Source: Longimicrobiales bacterium (lineage in GTDB: Bacteria > Gemmatimonadota > Gemmatimonadetes > Longimicrobiales > RSA9). From it: 64,000 nucleotides of DNA. The notes beneath the pieces are model-generated. The model did not search any database. It was not told where the DNA came from and worked only from the letters and a program-made list of their open reading frames with translations. The stretch lies in contig DATHVP010000008.1 of NCBI GenBank assembly GCA_035461245.1, forward strand, positions 6,000-69,999, in the 5' to 3' direction. The stretch's first letter is position 1; the number at the start of each line of letters is the position of its first letter. A program made the translations under genes and the position numbers. Below, one piece after another: positions 49,860-60,200 of the stretch.

Positions 49860-52171
49860 TGCACTATCCTGAACTCGCGGGGTGGTGTTTCACCTCGCAG
49901 ATGGGTGACGAAGTAGTCCCAGGTGCGGCGGACGAAGTACGGCTCGTTGGCAAAGCCATGGTTCCGGTTCGGCATCACGATGGTGTCGAAGTCCCGGTCG
50001 TGACGGATCAGTTCGTTGATGAGCTGGAGCGTCATGTTCGGATGCACGTTGTTGTCCATGGTGCCGTAGGCGATCAGCAGCCGGCCCTGCAAATTCGCAG
50101 CCGCCAGCTGGACGGCCTGGTTCGTATACGTGTCCGTTCCGTCATTGCGGGGTTCCAGCAGCCCCTGCCATTTCTCGCCCCAGTAGTACGTATAGCCCCG
50201 ATTGTCCATGTTGCCGGCACTCGCCACGCCCACATGGAAAAAGTCGGGATGCTGCAGCATGGCCGCGGCGGTGGCGAAACCGCCGCCGGAATGGCCGTAG
50301 ATGCCCACCCGGTCCAGGTCGATCCAGGGGTGGCGGGCCGCCAGTTCGCGCATGCCGGCGATCTGGTCGGGCAGCCCGTTGTCCGCCAGGTTGCCATGGT
50401 AGTAGGCCTGGAAGGGCAGGGACCGCATGGGGCTGCCCAGCCCGTCCATCTGCACCACGACGAAGCCCAGTTCCGCCAGCGCCTGCGCGTTGCCGCGCCG
50501 GCCGGCGGAGAACGTGCGTGGCCCGACACTGCCCGCCTGCGGGCCGGGATAGATGTGGTTGATGATGGGGTAGCGTCGGGACGGGTCGAAATCGGACGGC
50601 CGGTACATGACGCCATGCAGGTCTGTCTCGCCGTCCCGCGCCTTGACCGTGAACGGCTCCGGCGGCGTCCAGCCTGTGGCTACGAGCTGTGCGACGTTCG
50701 CCTCCTCCAGCCCCACGACCATCCCGCCGTCCGCCCGGCGCAGCACGGTGACCGGCGGCCGCGACACCGTGGAGTGAGTACTCGTGAACCAGCGGCCATC
50801 CGGTGACATGGTGATGACGTGGTCGGCGTCCTCCGGCGTCAGCAGCGCCAGCTCCTGCCCGTTCAGCCGCACACGGTACAGATGGCGATGGTACGGATCG
50901 CGTCCCGGCTCCCGGTTAACCGCGGTGAAGTAGACCCAGCCGCCGGCCTGGTCCACGTGCAGCACGTCAACAACCAGCCACGGCCCTTCCGTGATGCGAT
51001 TTTTCAGCGTTCCTGTCGCCAGGTCGTACAGGTACAGGTGGCCGAAGCCGTCCCGGTTCGAGTACCAGATGACCTCGCTGCGGTCATGGAGCACCCGCCA
51101 GTTTGGGACGCCGCGACCGCCACCGCTGGACTCGAAGTAGGGCTCGCCGCGCTCCTCGATGACGGTGCGGACCGCGCCCGTGGCCGCGTCGGCGATGCGC
51201 AGCGCCACATCGCGATAGTCCCGCGACACCGACATGAACGCCACCTGACGTCCGTCCGGGCTCCACTCCGTATCGGCGATGGCGTCGCCCCGCAGCCGGC
51301 CGCAGCAGCTGGACGAGCGCTGGTGATCCGCGGGCGCCTGCACCGGCACGACGCGGCCGGCGTCCACGTCGGCGATCACCCACTCATGCATGGGCACCAC
51401 ACTGTCACCGGGCAACGCGTACGCCCAGGAATGCAGCACGGGCCGACCGGCGGCCATCTGCAACAGGTGCATGTCGCCGACACCACGTTCGTCGAGGCGG
51501 AACGTCAGCAGCTTCGATCCGTCCGGTGACCACGTCACCGCCGGGCGGTCGCTGCGGCGCCAGCCTTCATTGTCGGTCGCGTAGCCGTACCGTTCCGCGC
51601 CGTCGCTCGTGAGGCGAACGTCGCCACCGGCGGCCATGTCCCGGACCCACAGGTCATGCTCACGGCGGAACGCGGCGTACCGGCCATCCGGCGACATGAC
51701 CGAGTTCGTGACGGCCTCGATCGCCGTTGCAGGCCGCTCGCAGGTGTATGCCACGACGTCGCACTCCCAGCGCCGCCGGTCAAGCTCGAATCCCAGCCCG
51801 CGCCCGTCCTGGGTGGGCCGCAGCCGTTCCAGTGGCAGCGACCACGGTGAGTACGCCGTGCCTGTCACCTCCGTCAGCGTGCGCGCGAGGTGCTCATGGT
51901 CGAACGCGCGTTCACGCGTGCCACGCGCCGCGTCCACCGTGATGAACTCATGGCCGTCCGGCGTGCGTACGCGGTACCAGAACCGGTCCGGCGTCGGCCA
52001 TTCAGGCCGGACCTCGGCGCGGTGCACCAGTGGCTCCACGACGGAGCCGAGCAACTGCGCAGCCCTCTCGTATCGAGCGCGAATGTCCTGTGGCTGCTGC
52101 TGCGCACAAAGCGCGGAAAAGCTCGTGAGGACGGCGCAGACCAGGGTCAGCGCAGCTGGTGCGTGCTTCAT
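49856..52171 (-). CDS. S9-family serine peptidase (dipeptidyl-peptidase IV-like: beta-propeller + alpha/beta hydrolase)
   Basis: The start was set at ATG 52171 (MKHAPAALTLVCAVLTSFSALCAQQ signal). The nucleophile elbow is GIYGHSGGGF. The C-terminal end reads DNNVHP...MPNRNHGF (Asp and His of the triad). Confidence 0.85.
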   Translation of the reverse strand: MKHAPAALTLVCAVLTSFSALCAQQQPQDIRARYERAAQLLGSVVEPLVHRAEVRPEWPTPDRFWYRVRTPDGHEFITVDAARGTRERAFDHEHLARTLTEVTGTAYSPWSLPLERLRPTQDGRGLGFELDRRRWECDVVAYTCERPATAIEAVTNSVMSPDGRYAAFRREHDLWVRDMAAGGDVRLTSDGAERYGYATDNEGWRRSDRPAVTWSPDGSKLLTFRLDERGVGDMHLLQMAAGRPVLHSWAYALPGDSVVPMHEWVIADVDAGRVVPVQAPADHQRSSSCCGRLRGDAIADTEWSPDGRQVAFMSVSRDYRDVALRIADAATGAVRTVIEERGEPYFESSGGGRGVPNWRVLHDRSEVIWYSNRDGFGHLYLYDLATGTLKNRITEGPWLVVDVLHVDQAGGWVYFTAVNREPGRDPYHRHLYRVRLNGQELALLTPEDADHVITMSPDGRWFTSTHSTVSRPPVTVLRRADGGMVVGLEEANVAQLVATGWTPPEPFTVKARDGETDLHGVMYRPSDFDPSRRYPIINHIYPGPQAGSVGPRTFSAGRRGNAQALAELGFVVVQMDGLGSPMRSLPFQAYYHGNLADNGLPDQIAGMRELAARHPWIDLDRVGIYGHSGGGFATAAAMLQHPDFFHVGVASAGNMDNRGYTYYWGEKWQGLLEPRNDGTDTYTNQAVQLAAANLQGRLLIAYGTMDNNVHPNMTLQLINELIRHDRDFDTIVMPNRNHGFANEPYFVRRTWDYFVTHLRGETPPREFRIVQ

Positions 52172-52291
52172 GGTGAATCTCGTCAGGAGTGGGTGCGAAC
52201 GTTCGCCAACAGCAGAAGGATGCTCGACGCGACGGACTCCGGCAACTATGTTGCCCGCAGCAACCCACTCCACCGTCCACTCGAGGAGAAG

Positions 52292-54886
52292 ATGATGCTT
52301 CTTGAGCGAGTCGCCTGCATGCGCCTGCCCGTCTCACGGGCGCTGTTCGCCCTGCTCCTGGCCGCCGCCGCCGCCGCACCACTTGCCGCTCAGGTCCCGA
52401 CACCGGCGTCCGTCTTCGGTTTTGAGCCCGGCGAGGATTACAAGCTGGCGGATTACACGCAGCTGACCGAATACTACCGCGCCCTCGCCGCGGCCAGCGA
52501 CCGCGTGCAGCTGCAGCAGATCGGTGAGTCCACGCAGGGCCGGCCCATGTTCGTGCTCTTCATCTCCAGCCCGGAGAACCTGGGGCAGCTGGAGCGGTGG
52601 CGGACCACCAGCGAGCGCCTGGCCCGGGCACGGGACCTCACCGACGAGCAGGCCCGCCAGCTCGCCCGCGATGGCAAGGCCATCATCTGGCTGGACGCCG
52701 GCCTCCACTCCACCGAAGTGGCGCATTCACAGTTCGCGCCCGTGCTCGCGCATCATCTGGCGACAGACGATTCAGAAGAGACACGGCGTTTCCGCAACGA
52801 CGTCGTCGTCCTCCTCATGCCGGGCATGAACCCCGACGGCCATGACATTGTCGTGGACTGGTACCGCCGCAACCTGGGGACGCCGTTCGAGACGACGAGC
52901 CCGCCGTGGGTCTACCACGAGTACGTCGGGCACGACATCAACCGCGACTGGTTCATGATCACGCAGGAGGAGACGCGCAACGTCTCCCGCGTGCTCTACG
53001 AGGAGTGGTACCCGCAGATCATCTACAACCACCACCAGACGGCGCCGTTCCCCGCGCGCATCTTCATCCCGCCCTTCGCCGACCCCGTGAACCCGCACAT
53101 CCCGCCCCTTGTCGTGCGCGGCGTGAACATGGTGGGCGAGCACATGGCGAAGCGGCTGGAGGAGGAAAACATGCCCGGCGTCGTCTCGCGCATGTCCTTC
53201 ACCATGTGGTGGAACGGCGGCATGCGCACGGTGCCCTACTTCAAGAACATGGTGGGCCTGCTGTCCGAGGTGGGCCACGCCTCGGCTACCCCGCAGTACC
53301 ACGAGCCCGAGAACCTGCCGGAATACTTCGGTACCGGCAGCCACCGTATCAGCGCTCGCGAACCCAGTGTCTACTACGCCAACCCCTGGCAGGGCGGCTG
53401 GGCGCGTCTGGGCGACGCCGTGCAGTACCACTTCGTCTCGTCGCTGGGCGCCATCGACATTGCCAGCCGGCTGCGCGAGGACTGGCTCTACAACATCTAC
53501 CGCATGGGTCGCGACGCCATCGCCGCCGGTGAGGCCGGGGGACCGTACGCGTACGTGATCCCGGTGGACACCATGCAGTGGGACGCCGGCGAGGCGGTGA
53601 ACCTGGTGAATACGCTGCGGCGGGGCGGCGTCGAGGTGCACCGCGCGTCACAGCCTTTCACCGCCGGGGGCACCCGCTACGCCGCGGGCTCGTACGTGAT
53701 CCCTGCCGGCCAGGCGTTCCGCGCCTATGTCCTGGACCTCATGGAGCCGCAGGAGCATCCCCACGCCGAGCAGTATCCCGGCGGGCCGCCCCAGGCGCCT
53801 TATGGCGGCCTGTCCGGCTGGACGCTGCCCATCCAGATGGGTGTGCGGGCCGACCGGATCGAGGATGCGTTCACTGCGCCGCTCGCGCCGGTGGACGTGG
53901 CGCCGCCGCCGCCGGCTGCCGAGCCGGCCCGCGCGCAGTTCGGTTATGCGCTGACGCCGCGCCGCAACGAGAGCTTCCTTGCCCTCAACCGCATCCTGTC
54001 CGAGGGCGAGCGCGTGCACCGGGCCCGTGCCTCGTTCCAGGCAGGTGGCCGCAGCTTCGACCCGGGCACGTTCATCGTCGAGGCTGGCGCCCAGACGCAC
54101 GCGCGGCTGGCGGCGCTGGCCCGGGATGTGGGCCTGGAGTTCGTCGCGCTGGACGCGCGGCCGGGCGTCGAGATGACCACCGTCTCGCGTCCCCGCGTGG
54201 GCCTGTACCGGCCATGGACTTCGAACATGGACGAAGGCTGGACCCGCTACGTGCTGAACCAGTACGAGTTCGATGTCACGACCCTGCGCAACGCCGACAT
54301 CCGCGGCGGCGACCTGGCCGGGTACGATGTCATCATTTTCACCGACCAGAACGCGAACAGCATCATGAACGGCCAGGCCCGCTCACCGGTGGAGGAGTAC
54401 GTGGGCGGCATTGGGGAGGAGGGCGTGAGCGCACTCAGGCGGTACATGGCAAACGGTGGGCGCATCCTCGCCTTCGATGCCGCCACCGAGTTCGCCATGG
54501 AGCAGTTCGACCTGCCCGTGCGCAACGCCATCGGCGGGGTCAGCCGCAACGAGCTGTACATCCCCGGCTCGCTCATTCGCATGGACGTGAACACGGCGCA
54601 CCCCGTCGCCTGGGGCATGCAGGCGGAGGGCGCCGGCTTCTTCCAGGACAGTCGCGCCTTCGAACTGGCACAACCGGGTGCCGCGGAGATCGTGGCGTCG
54701 TGGGCGGAGCGGGACCTGCTGCTGAGTGGCTGGGAGATCGGCGCCGAGGAGCACGTGGCGGGACGCGGGGCGGTGGTCCGGGCGCCTGTGGGCCAGGGCG
54801 ACGTTGTCCTCATTGGCTTCCGGCCCCAGTTCCGGGCGTGGCCAACGGGGACCTACCCGCTGATCTTCAACTCGACGCTCCGCTGA
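52292..54886 (+). CDS. M14-family zinc carboxypeptidase-like protein, secreted, with a long C-terminal extension
   Basis: The start was set at ATG 52292 (signal LFALLLAAAAAAPLAAQ). The Zn motif HSTE (HxxE) lies in WLDAGLHSTEVAH, and NPDGH is also present. Confidence 0.8.
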   Translation: MMLLERVACMRLPVSRALFALLLAAAAAAPLAAQVPTPASVFGFEPGEDYKLADYTQLTEYYRALAAASDRVQLQQIGESTQGRPMFVLFISSPENLGQLERWRTTSERLARARDLTDEQARQLARDGKAIIWLDAGLHSTEVAHSQFAPVLAHHLATDDSEETRRFRNDVVVLLMPGMNPDGHDIVVDWYRRNLGTPFETTSPPWVYHEYVGHDINRDWFMITQEETRNVSRVLYEEWYPQIIYNHHQTAPFPARIFIPPFADPVNPHIPPLVVRGVNMVGEHMAKRLEEENMPGVVSRMSFTMWWNGGMRTVPYFKNMVGLLSEVGHASATPQYHEPENLPEYFGTGSHRISAREPSVYYANPWQGGWARLGDAVQYHFVSSLGAIDIASRLREDWLYNIYRMGRDAIAAGEAGGPYAYVIPVDTMQWDAGEAVNLVNTLRRGGVEVHRASQPFTAGGTRYAAGSYVIPAGQAFRAYVLDLMEPQEHPHAEQYPGGPPQAPYGGLSGWTLPIQMGVRADRIEDAFTAPLAPVDVAPPPPAAEPARAQFGYALTPRRNESFLALNRILSEGERVHRARASFQAGGRSFDPGTFIVEAGAQTHARLAALARDVGLEFVALDARPGVEMTTVSRPRVGLYRPWTSNMDEGWTRYVLNQYEFDVTTLRNADIRGGDLAGYDVIIFTDQNANSIMNGQARSPVEEYVGGIGEEGVSALRRYMANGGRILAFDAATEFAMEQFDLPVRNAIGGVSRNELYIPGSLIRMDVNTAHPVAWGMQAEGAGFFQDSRAFELAQPGAAEIVASWAERDLLLSGWEIGAEEHVAGRGAVVRAPVGQGDVVLIGFRPQFRAWPTGTYPLIFNSTLR

Positions 54887-54962
54887 GCTGACCGACGGCG
54901 GCGGGTCCACGGGACCCGCTCAAACGGGCGTGGGTGGCAACATAATTGCTACTCACGCCCGT

Positions 54963-57212
54963 ATGCGGTTACGGGACAAGCTATTGGCATGCCTCGCGCC
55001 CATCGCGGCGGGGCTGTTTCTCTGTCTGCCAGCCACGGCACAGGATGCCGATCAGGACAGCCTGGCCGCGGGCTCGCCCCGGGTGGAGCGTATCCGGTTC
55101 CCGGGAGCGGAGAGCCTGGACGCCGGTGACCTGGCAACGCGCATCCGTACGGAGGAAACGCGGTGCCGGGTCTGGCTGCTGCGGCCGCTGTGCGCCATCA
55201 CCGACTGGCGGCTGATCCACATCCGCCGGTACCTGGACGCCGAAGAACTGGCGGCTGACGAGGACCGGCTTCACGTCTACTATTTCCAGCGCGGCTTCCG
55301 CCACGCGACGGTGAACACGCGCCTGGCGCCCAGGGGCCGGGGCGTGGAGGTCATTTTCGAGGTGGAGGAGGGTCCGCCCACGCTGGTGGAATCCCTCGAC
55401 GTCGTCCAGACGCGGGACGCCGTGTCGGCCCGGCAGATCCGACGGGCCGACCTGCCCCGTGAGGGTGAGCGGCTGGACCTGGTGCGCCTCACCGACGGCG
55501 TCATCCGCCTTACGGACCGGCTGGGCCGGGGCGGCTGGCTGGACGGCGCGGTGCATGACACCGTGGATGTGTCGGCGGACGGACTCCGCGCTGCCGTCCG
55601 GGTGGCCATAGACCCCGGGCCGCGTTCAACGCTGGGTGGCCTCGAGGTCGTCGGCAATGAGCGCGTCACTGAGCGCACCATCGCCGACGGCCTGCGCCTG
55701 CGGCAGGGACGGACGCTGCGCCTCCAGGATCTTGTCGCCAGCCAGCGCAGCCTGTACGAGTCGAACCTGTTCCACGAAGCGCGTGTCCGTGTGCCGGCAC
55801 AGACGGACAGCGCCAAGGTCGTGGAGGTCACGGTCCGGGAGGCGCCGCCCCAGTCCGCGCGCATCGGCGGCGGCCTCAACACCATGGAGTTCGTCCAGGC
55901 CGAAGCCCGCTACACGAACTACAACTTCTTCGGCGGCGGTCGGCGCGTGGAAGTGCGAGGCACGGTAGGCAACCTGCTCGCGGACGAACTCAGCGGGCGC
56001 GGCATCTTCCGCAACGTCCGGCGCGAGAATGCCGGCGGCCTGGATCCTGACGCATTCACCCGCCCGACGTGGCTGGCGAGCATTGACCTCATCCAGCCGT
56101 CATTCCGTTCGGCATCGAACACCCTGGGGCTGGCAGTCTTCACCCACCGCAGGATCGTGCCGGGCATTGTCATAGACCGGGGCATCGGCGCGGAACTGTC
56201 CGCGACCCGGCGCCTGGATTACCAGACGCCCGTGACCATTGCCTACCGGTACGAACTGGCCGCTCTCGACGCCGGGGAACTCTACTTCTGTGTCAACTAC
56301 GGCATCTGTGACCTGCCCACCGTGGCGGTGCTCCAGGAACGGCAGCGGCTTTCGCCCGTCCAGGCGAGCTTCATCGCCGACAAGGGCAACGATCCCATCG
56401 CACCCACGGACGGCTACCGGATCCGGGTCAATGCGGAGCACGCGTCCGGCATGACCATGTCCGACTTCGCGCACCACCGCCTGTCCGCCGACGCGTCGCT
56501 CTATTACCCGCTGGACGTGCACCGCCGCCGGGTGCTCGCCGGCCGGCTGCGCCTCGGTGCCGTCCGGCCGCTGGACGGCGCGGCAGGCACGGGCCTCCTC
56601 GGCGACGATGACGGGACTGATCTGGGCCGCGTCCTCCACCCCCGCCGCCGCTTCTACGCCGGGGGCGCCCGCTCCGTGCGGGGCTACACCGAGAACCAGC
56701 TGGGGCCGAGAGTGCTTACCGTAAGTCCGGAAGCGCTGCTCGACGACGGCGCCGGGTGCGCCGAGGCACAGATACTGGATGGCTCGTGCGACCCGAATAT
56801 GCTACCCATCGCTGTTTTTCACCCCCGGCCGGTGGGCGGCCGCAACGTCATCGAGGCGAGCGTCGAGTACCGGTTTCCTCTCCGGGCCAACATCCAGGCC
56901 GCTGTCTTCGTGGACGGCGCCAGAGTCGGCGGTCCCGGCGGCTCAGTACCAGGCGGCGCCGTCGCCGCGGTTACGCCCGGCGCGGGTGTGCGCTTCGAGT
57001 CGCCCGTCGGCCCCATCCGCGTTGATCTCGGCGTACGGCCGCTGGTGAAGGAGGAACTGCGGGTCGTCACCGAGATGCGAGACGACGATGGCACCGCCCG
57101 GCTGGTGCCGCTGGCGCTGCCGCGCACATACGACCCCCTGGGCGGGCGCAGTTTCCTGCGGCAGGTGCTCGGCCGGCTGACACTGCACCTCTCCATCGGC
57201 GAGGCCTTCTGA
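54963..57212 (+). CDS. Omp85-family outer-membrane protein (TamA/BamA-like; POTRA repeats + surface-antigen barrel)
   Basis: A signal peptide follows ATG 54963. POTRA-like repeats are present (VERIRFPGAESLD..., LESLDVVQTRD..., LGGLEVVGNERV...). The C-terminal barrel has RFYAGGARSVRGY and a terminal aromatic residue (IGEAF). It immediately precedes a TamB-like gene. Confidence 0.8.
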   Translation: MRLRDKLLACLAPIAAGLFLCLPATAQDADQDSLAAGSPRVERIRFPGAESLDAGDLATRIRTEETRCRVWLLRPLCAITDWRLIHIRRYLDAEELAADEDRLHVYYFQRGFRHATVNTRLAPRGRGVEVIFEVEEGPPTLVESLDVVQTRDAVSARQIRRADLPREGERLDLVRLTDGVIRLTDRLGRGGWLDGAVHDTVDVSADGLRAAVRVAIDPGPRSTLGGLEVVGNERVTERTIADGLRLRQGRTLRLQDLVASQRSLYESNLFHEARVRVPAQTDSAKVVEVTVREAPPQSARIGGGLNTMEFVQAEARYTNYNFFGGGRRVEVRGTVGNLLADELSGRGIFRNVRRENAGGLDPDAFTRPTWLASIDLIQPSFRSASNTLGLAVFTHRRIVPGIVIDRGIGAELSATRRLDYQTPVTIAYRYELAALDAGELYFCVNYGICDLPTVAVLQERQRLSPVQASFIADKGNDPIAPTDGYRIRVNAEHASGMTMSDFAHHRLSADASLYYPLDVHRRRVLAGRLRLGAVRPLDGAAGTGLLGDDDGTDLGRVLHPRRRFYAGGARSVRGYTENQLGPRVLTVSPEALLDDGAGCAEAQILDGSCDPNMLPIAVFHPRPVGGRNVIEASVEYRFPLRANIQAAVFVDGARVGGPGGSVPGGAVAAVTPGAGVRFESPVGPIRVDLGVRPLVKEELRVVTEMRDDDGTARLVPLALPRTYDPLGGRSFLRQVLGRLTLHLSIGEAF

Positions 57213-60200
57213 TGACCCGCCGGCGCAGGATCGCTGCCTATGCCGGCGCTGGTGTACTGCTGGTGGTCGTCCTGCTGGCGGCTGCGGTCCTCGTCATCAC
57301 GAACACCGACTGGGGTCGCGAGCGCGTCCGCCTCTTCGCGCTGGACCGCCTCGCCGCTGCCACCGACGGCACCGTCGAGATCCGCCGGATCGAGGGCAAC
57401 CTCCTGCGGCGCATCTACCTGCTGGACGTGCGCATCGTAGATGAGCAGGGCCGGCCGTTCCTGCAGGCGGATACCATCCGGAGCCGCTTCTCCCTCCGCG
57501 GCCTGCTGCGCCAGCGCATCGCCCTCACCAACGTGCGCATGGTACAGGGTGTCGTGATACTCGATGAGCCCCCGGGCGAGGACTGGAATTACGTTCGAAT
57601 TTTCCGCATCGAGCCGGAAGAGCGGGTGCCGGATACCGCCGTTGGCTGGGGCGACTGGGTCTCCCTGCACAACGTGCAGCTCGTCAACACGCGGATCATG
57701 ATCCGCTCCGCCTGGGCGCCGCCAGAGGACATCACACCGGAGGAGCGGGCACGAGCCATCGAGCGCGCCCTCAGCGGCGAGATGCGCGACAACATCGTGG
57801 CGGTGGAGGGCGGATACCAGAACGTCATGGATTTCCGCCAGCTGCACGCCACCATGCCCGTGATTGTCCCCGCTCACCCCGACTCCGCAGGCATCCCCAT
57901 CGAGATCAGCCACTTCACGGGCATCGCGCAGCCGTTCCGTCCGCCGGTGGCGCAGGTGGAGGCGCTGGCCGGCAGGTTCCGCCTGGAGCGGGATACGCTG
58001 CACTTCACGGATGTCCGGGCGGACCTGCCCGACTCGCGCCTCGCCGTGGCCGGCCTGTATGCCCTGAGTTCGGGGGACCTGCTGCTGCGGATGAATGGGG
58101 CACCCATGGCGTTCGACGATATGCGCTGGCTGTACCCCCGGATGCCGGAGGAGGGCGGCGGCGATGTGCGCGTCACCGTGTCGGCGCGGAGCCTGGCCAC
58201 GCGGATCATCGCCGAGGACATGGACATGGCTGTCGGTGAGGCGACCCTCGAGGGGCGGATCGATGTGACCCTCGGTGACACGCTGCGGCTGGGTGACACA
58301 GACGTACGCTTTACGCGTCTGGGCTCCGGCCTCCTCGCCCGCGTCCTGCCGGCCCTGGCGTTCCCGCGGGATGGCGTGTTCACCGGCCGTGCCGCCGTGA
58401 CCGGGCCGCCTCACGCCCTGGCCATTGATGGCGACGTCACGTTCCATGATGACGCCGGCCCCTCCAGCCGCGTCATTGCCGAGGGAGAACTCGGCGTGCA
58501 GCCCCAGCTCCGCTTTGGGGCCATGCACCTGGAGTTCCGGCCGCTGCACGCGCACCTCATTCGTGCGTTCGCCCCTGAGTACCCGCTGCGCGGCGCCATC
58601 ACCGGCGTTGCCAGCCTCACCGGCACGACGGACCTGCTTCAGCTGCGGTCGGATCTGTTCATTGACGAGCCGGGCGTCGGCCGCAGCCGGATCCTGGCGG
58701 CAGGCCGCATGGACCAGAGGCAGGACCTGCGCCTGGACGACGTCGTGGTGCGGATGGATCCCCTGCGCGCCGACCTGCTCAGGGACGCCGTGCCCGAGCT
58801 GCCCCGCGGCGCCCTCATCGCCGGCACGGTACGCCTTGACGGCGCGCCCCAGCGCTCCCTTCAGGTGGATGGCGCCATTGCCCTCGACGACCCCGCTTCC
58901 GGCACCAGCAATATTGCCGCGCGCGGTGGCATCGAGTTCGGCGACGAACTGCGGCTCAGCGACATGGTGGTGCGCGTGGATCCACTGCGTGTGGACCTGA
59001 TCCGCGGCTATCAGCCGGAGCTTCCAGCCGGTGCCACCATGGTCGGTTCGGTGCGGCTGGCAGGCGTGCCGTCCCGGGAGCTGCAGGTCGACGGCGACGT
59101 CGTCCTCTCCGACCCGGCGTCGGGCGTCAGCGAGTTCGGCGCCACCGGGTTGGTCTCGTTCGGGCGGGAACTCCGCTTCGATGGACTGGGCCTGCGGCTG
59201 CACAGTGTGCAGCTCGACCTGCTGCGGCCGTGGGCGCCGGACCTGCCGCCGGGAGGCACGGTGGCAGGCGCCCTCACACTCACGGGCGCTCCTGCCCGCT
59301 CCCTCGCGGTGGACGGCGGCATCACGCACGTCGATCCACGGCTGGGCACCAGCCGCTTCGCCCTTGCCGGCGGCCTGGAATTCGGCGATGGCCTGGCATT
59401 CCGGAACCTCGACGTCCGCATGGACCCGCTCCAGCTCGCCCTCGTGCGCGGCTTCCTGCCCGACCTGCCCATCGGCGGGGTAGTGGCGGGGCGGGCCGTA
59501 CTCGATGGCACGCCACAGCGCTTCACCGCCCGCGGCAATGTCGTCCACGATGAGGCCGGCCGCCGGTCCCATGTGGCCGGATCCATGGAGCTCGCCACAG
59601 GTCCGGGCGGCTGGGCCGTGGCGGACCTTCAGCTCCAGCCGCTGGACCTGGGAACGGTCGGGCGGTTCGTGCCGGCAGCGGGCCTGCACGGCAGCGTGAT
59701 GGGTTCGTTCCGCGCCCGTGGTCGCATGGACGACCTGCGTCTCGACGCGGACCTGCGGGTGGCCGGTGGCGGCAGCATTGCGCTGGACGGCTGGATCAAT
59801 GCCACCGGTTCCGAGCCCGCGTACGATCTCCGCGCTCGCACCGACGCCTTTGACATCGCCGCCGTCACCAGCCGTGCGCCGGCCGTGACATCCCTCACGG
59901 GACGCATCGCCGCCGAAGGCCGCGGTACTGACCCGGCCACCATGTCCGCCAGCATCTCGGCGGATCTCGTGGATCTTTCCGTGGACGACGTCGCCGCAGA
60001 CCGGCTACTGGTGGATGCCCGCATCGACGGCGGCCTCGCGCACTTCGACACCGGCTTCGTGCGCCTGGGCACTGCGGAAGCGCAGGTCAACGGCGCGTTC
60101 GGGCTCGCCGCCGGACGTCACGGCGAACTCGCGTTCTCGGTCCGCGCCGACTCGCTGCACGCATTTGCCGGCGCCATGCCCGGCACCCGGGAGGGCGTCC

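Noticed and set aside
56819-59689. 956-aa minus-strand ORF (and similar long antisense ORFs at 145-966, 6051-7481, 13161-15158, 34572-35963, 39271-40995, 46104-47906)
   Set aside because: All lie antisense to genes with clear family motifs. Their translations are Arg/Gly/Pro/Ala-rich low-complexity sequence with no recognisable motifs. Long stop-free antisense frames are expected in very GC-rich DNA.
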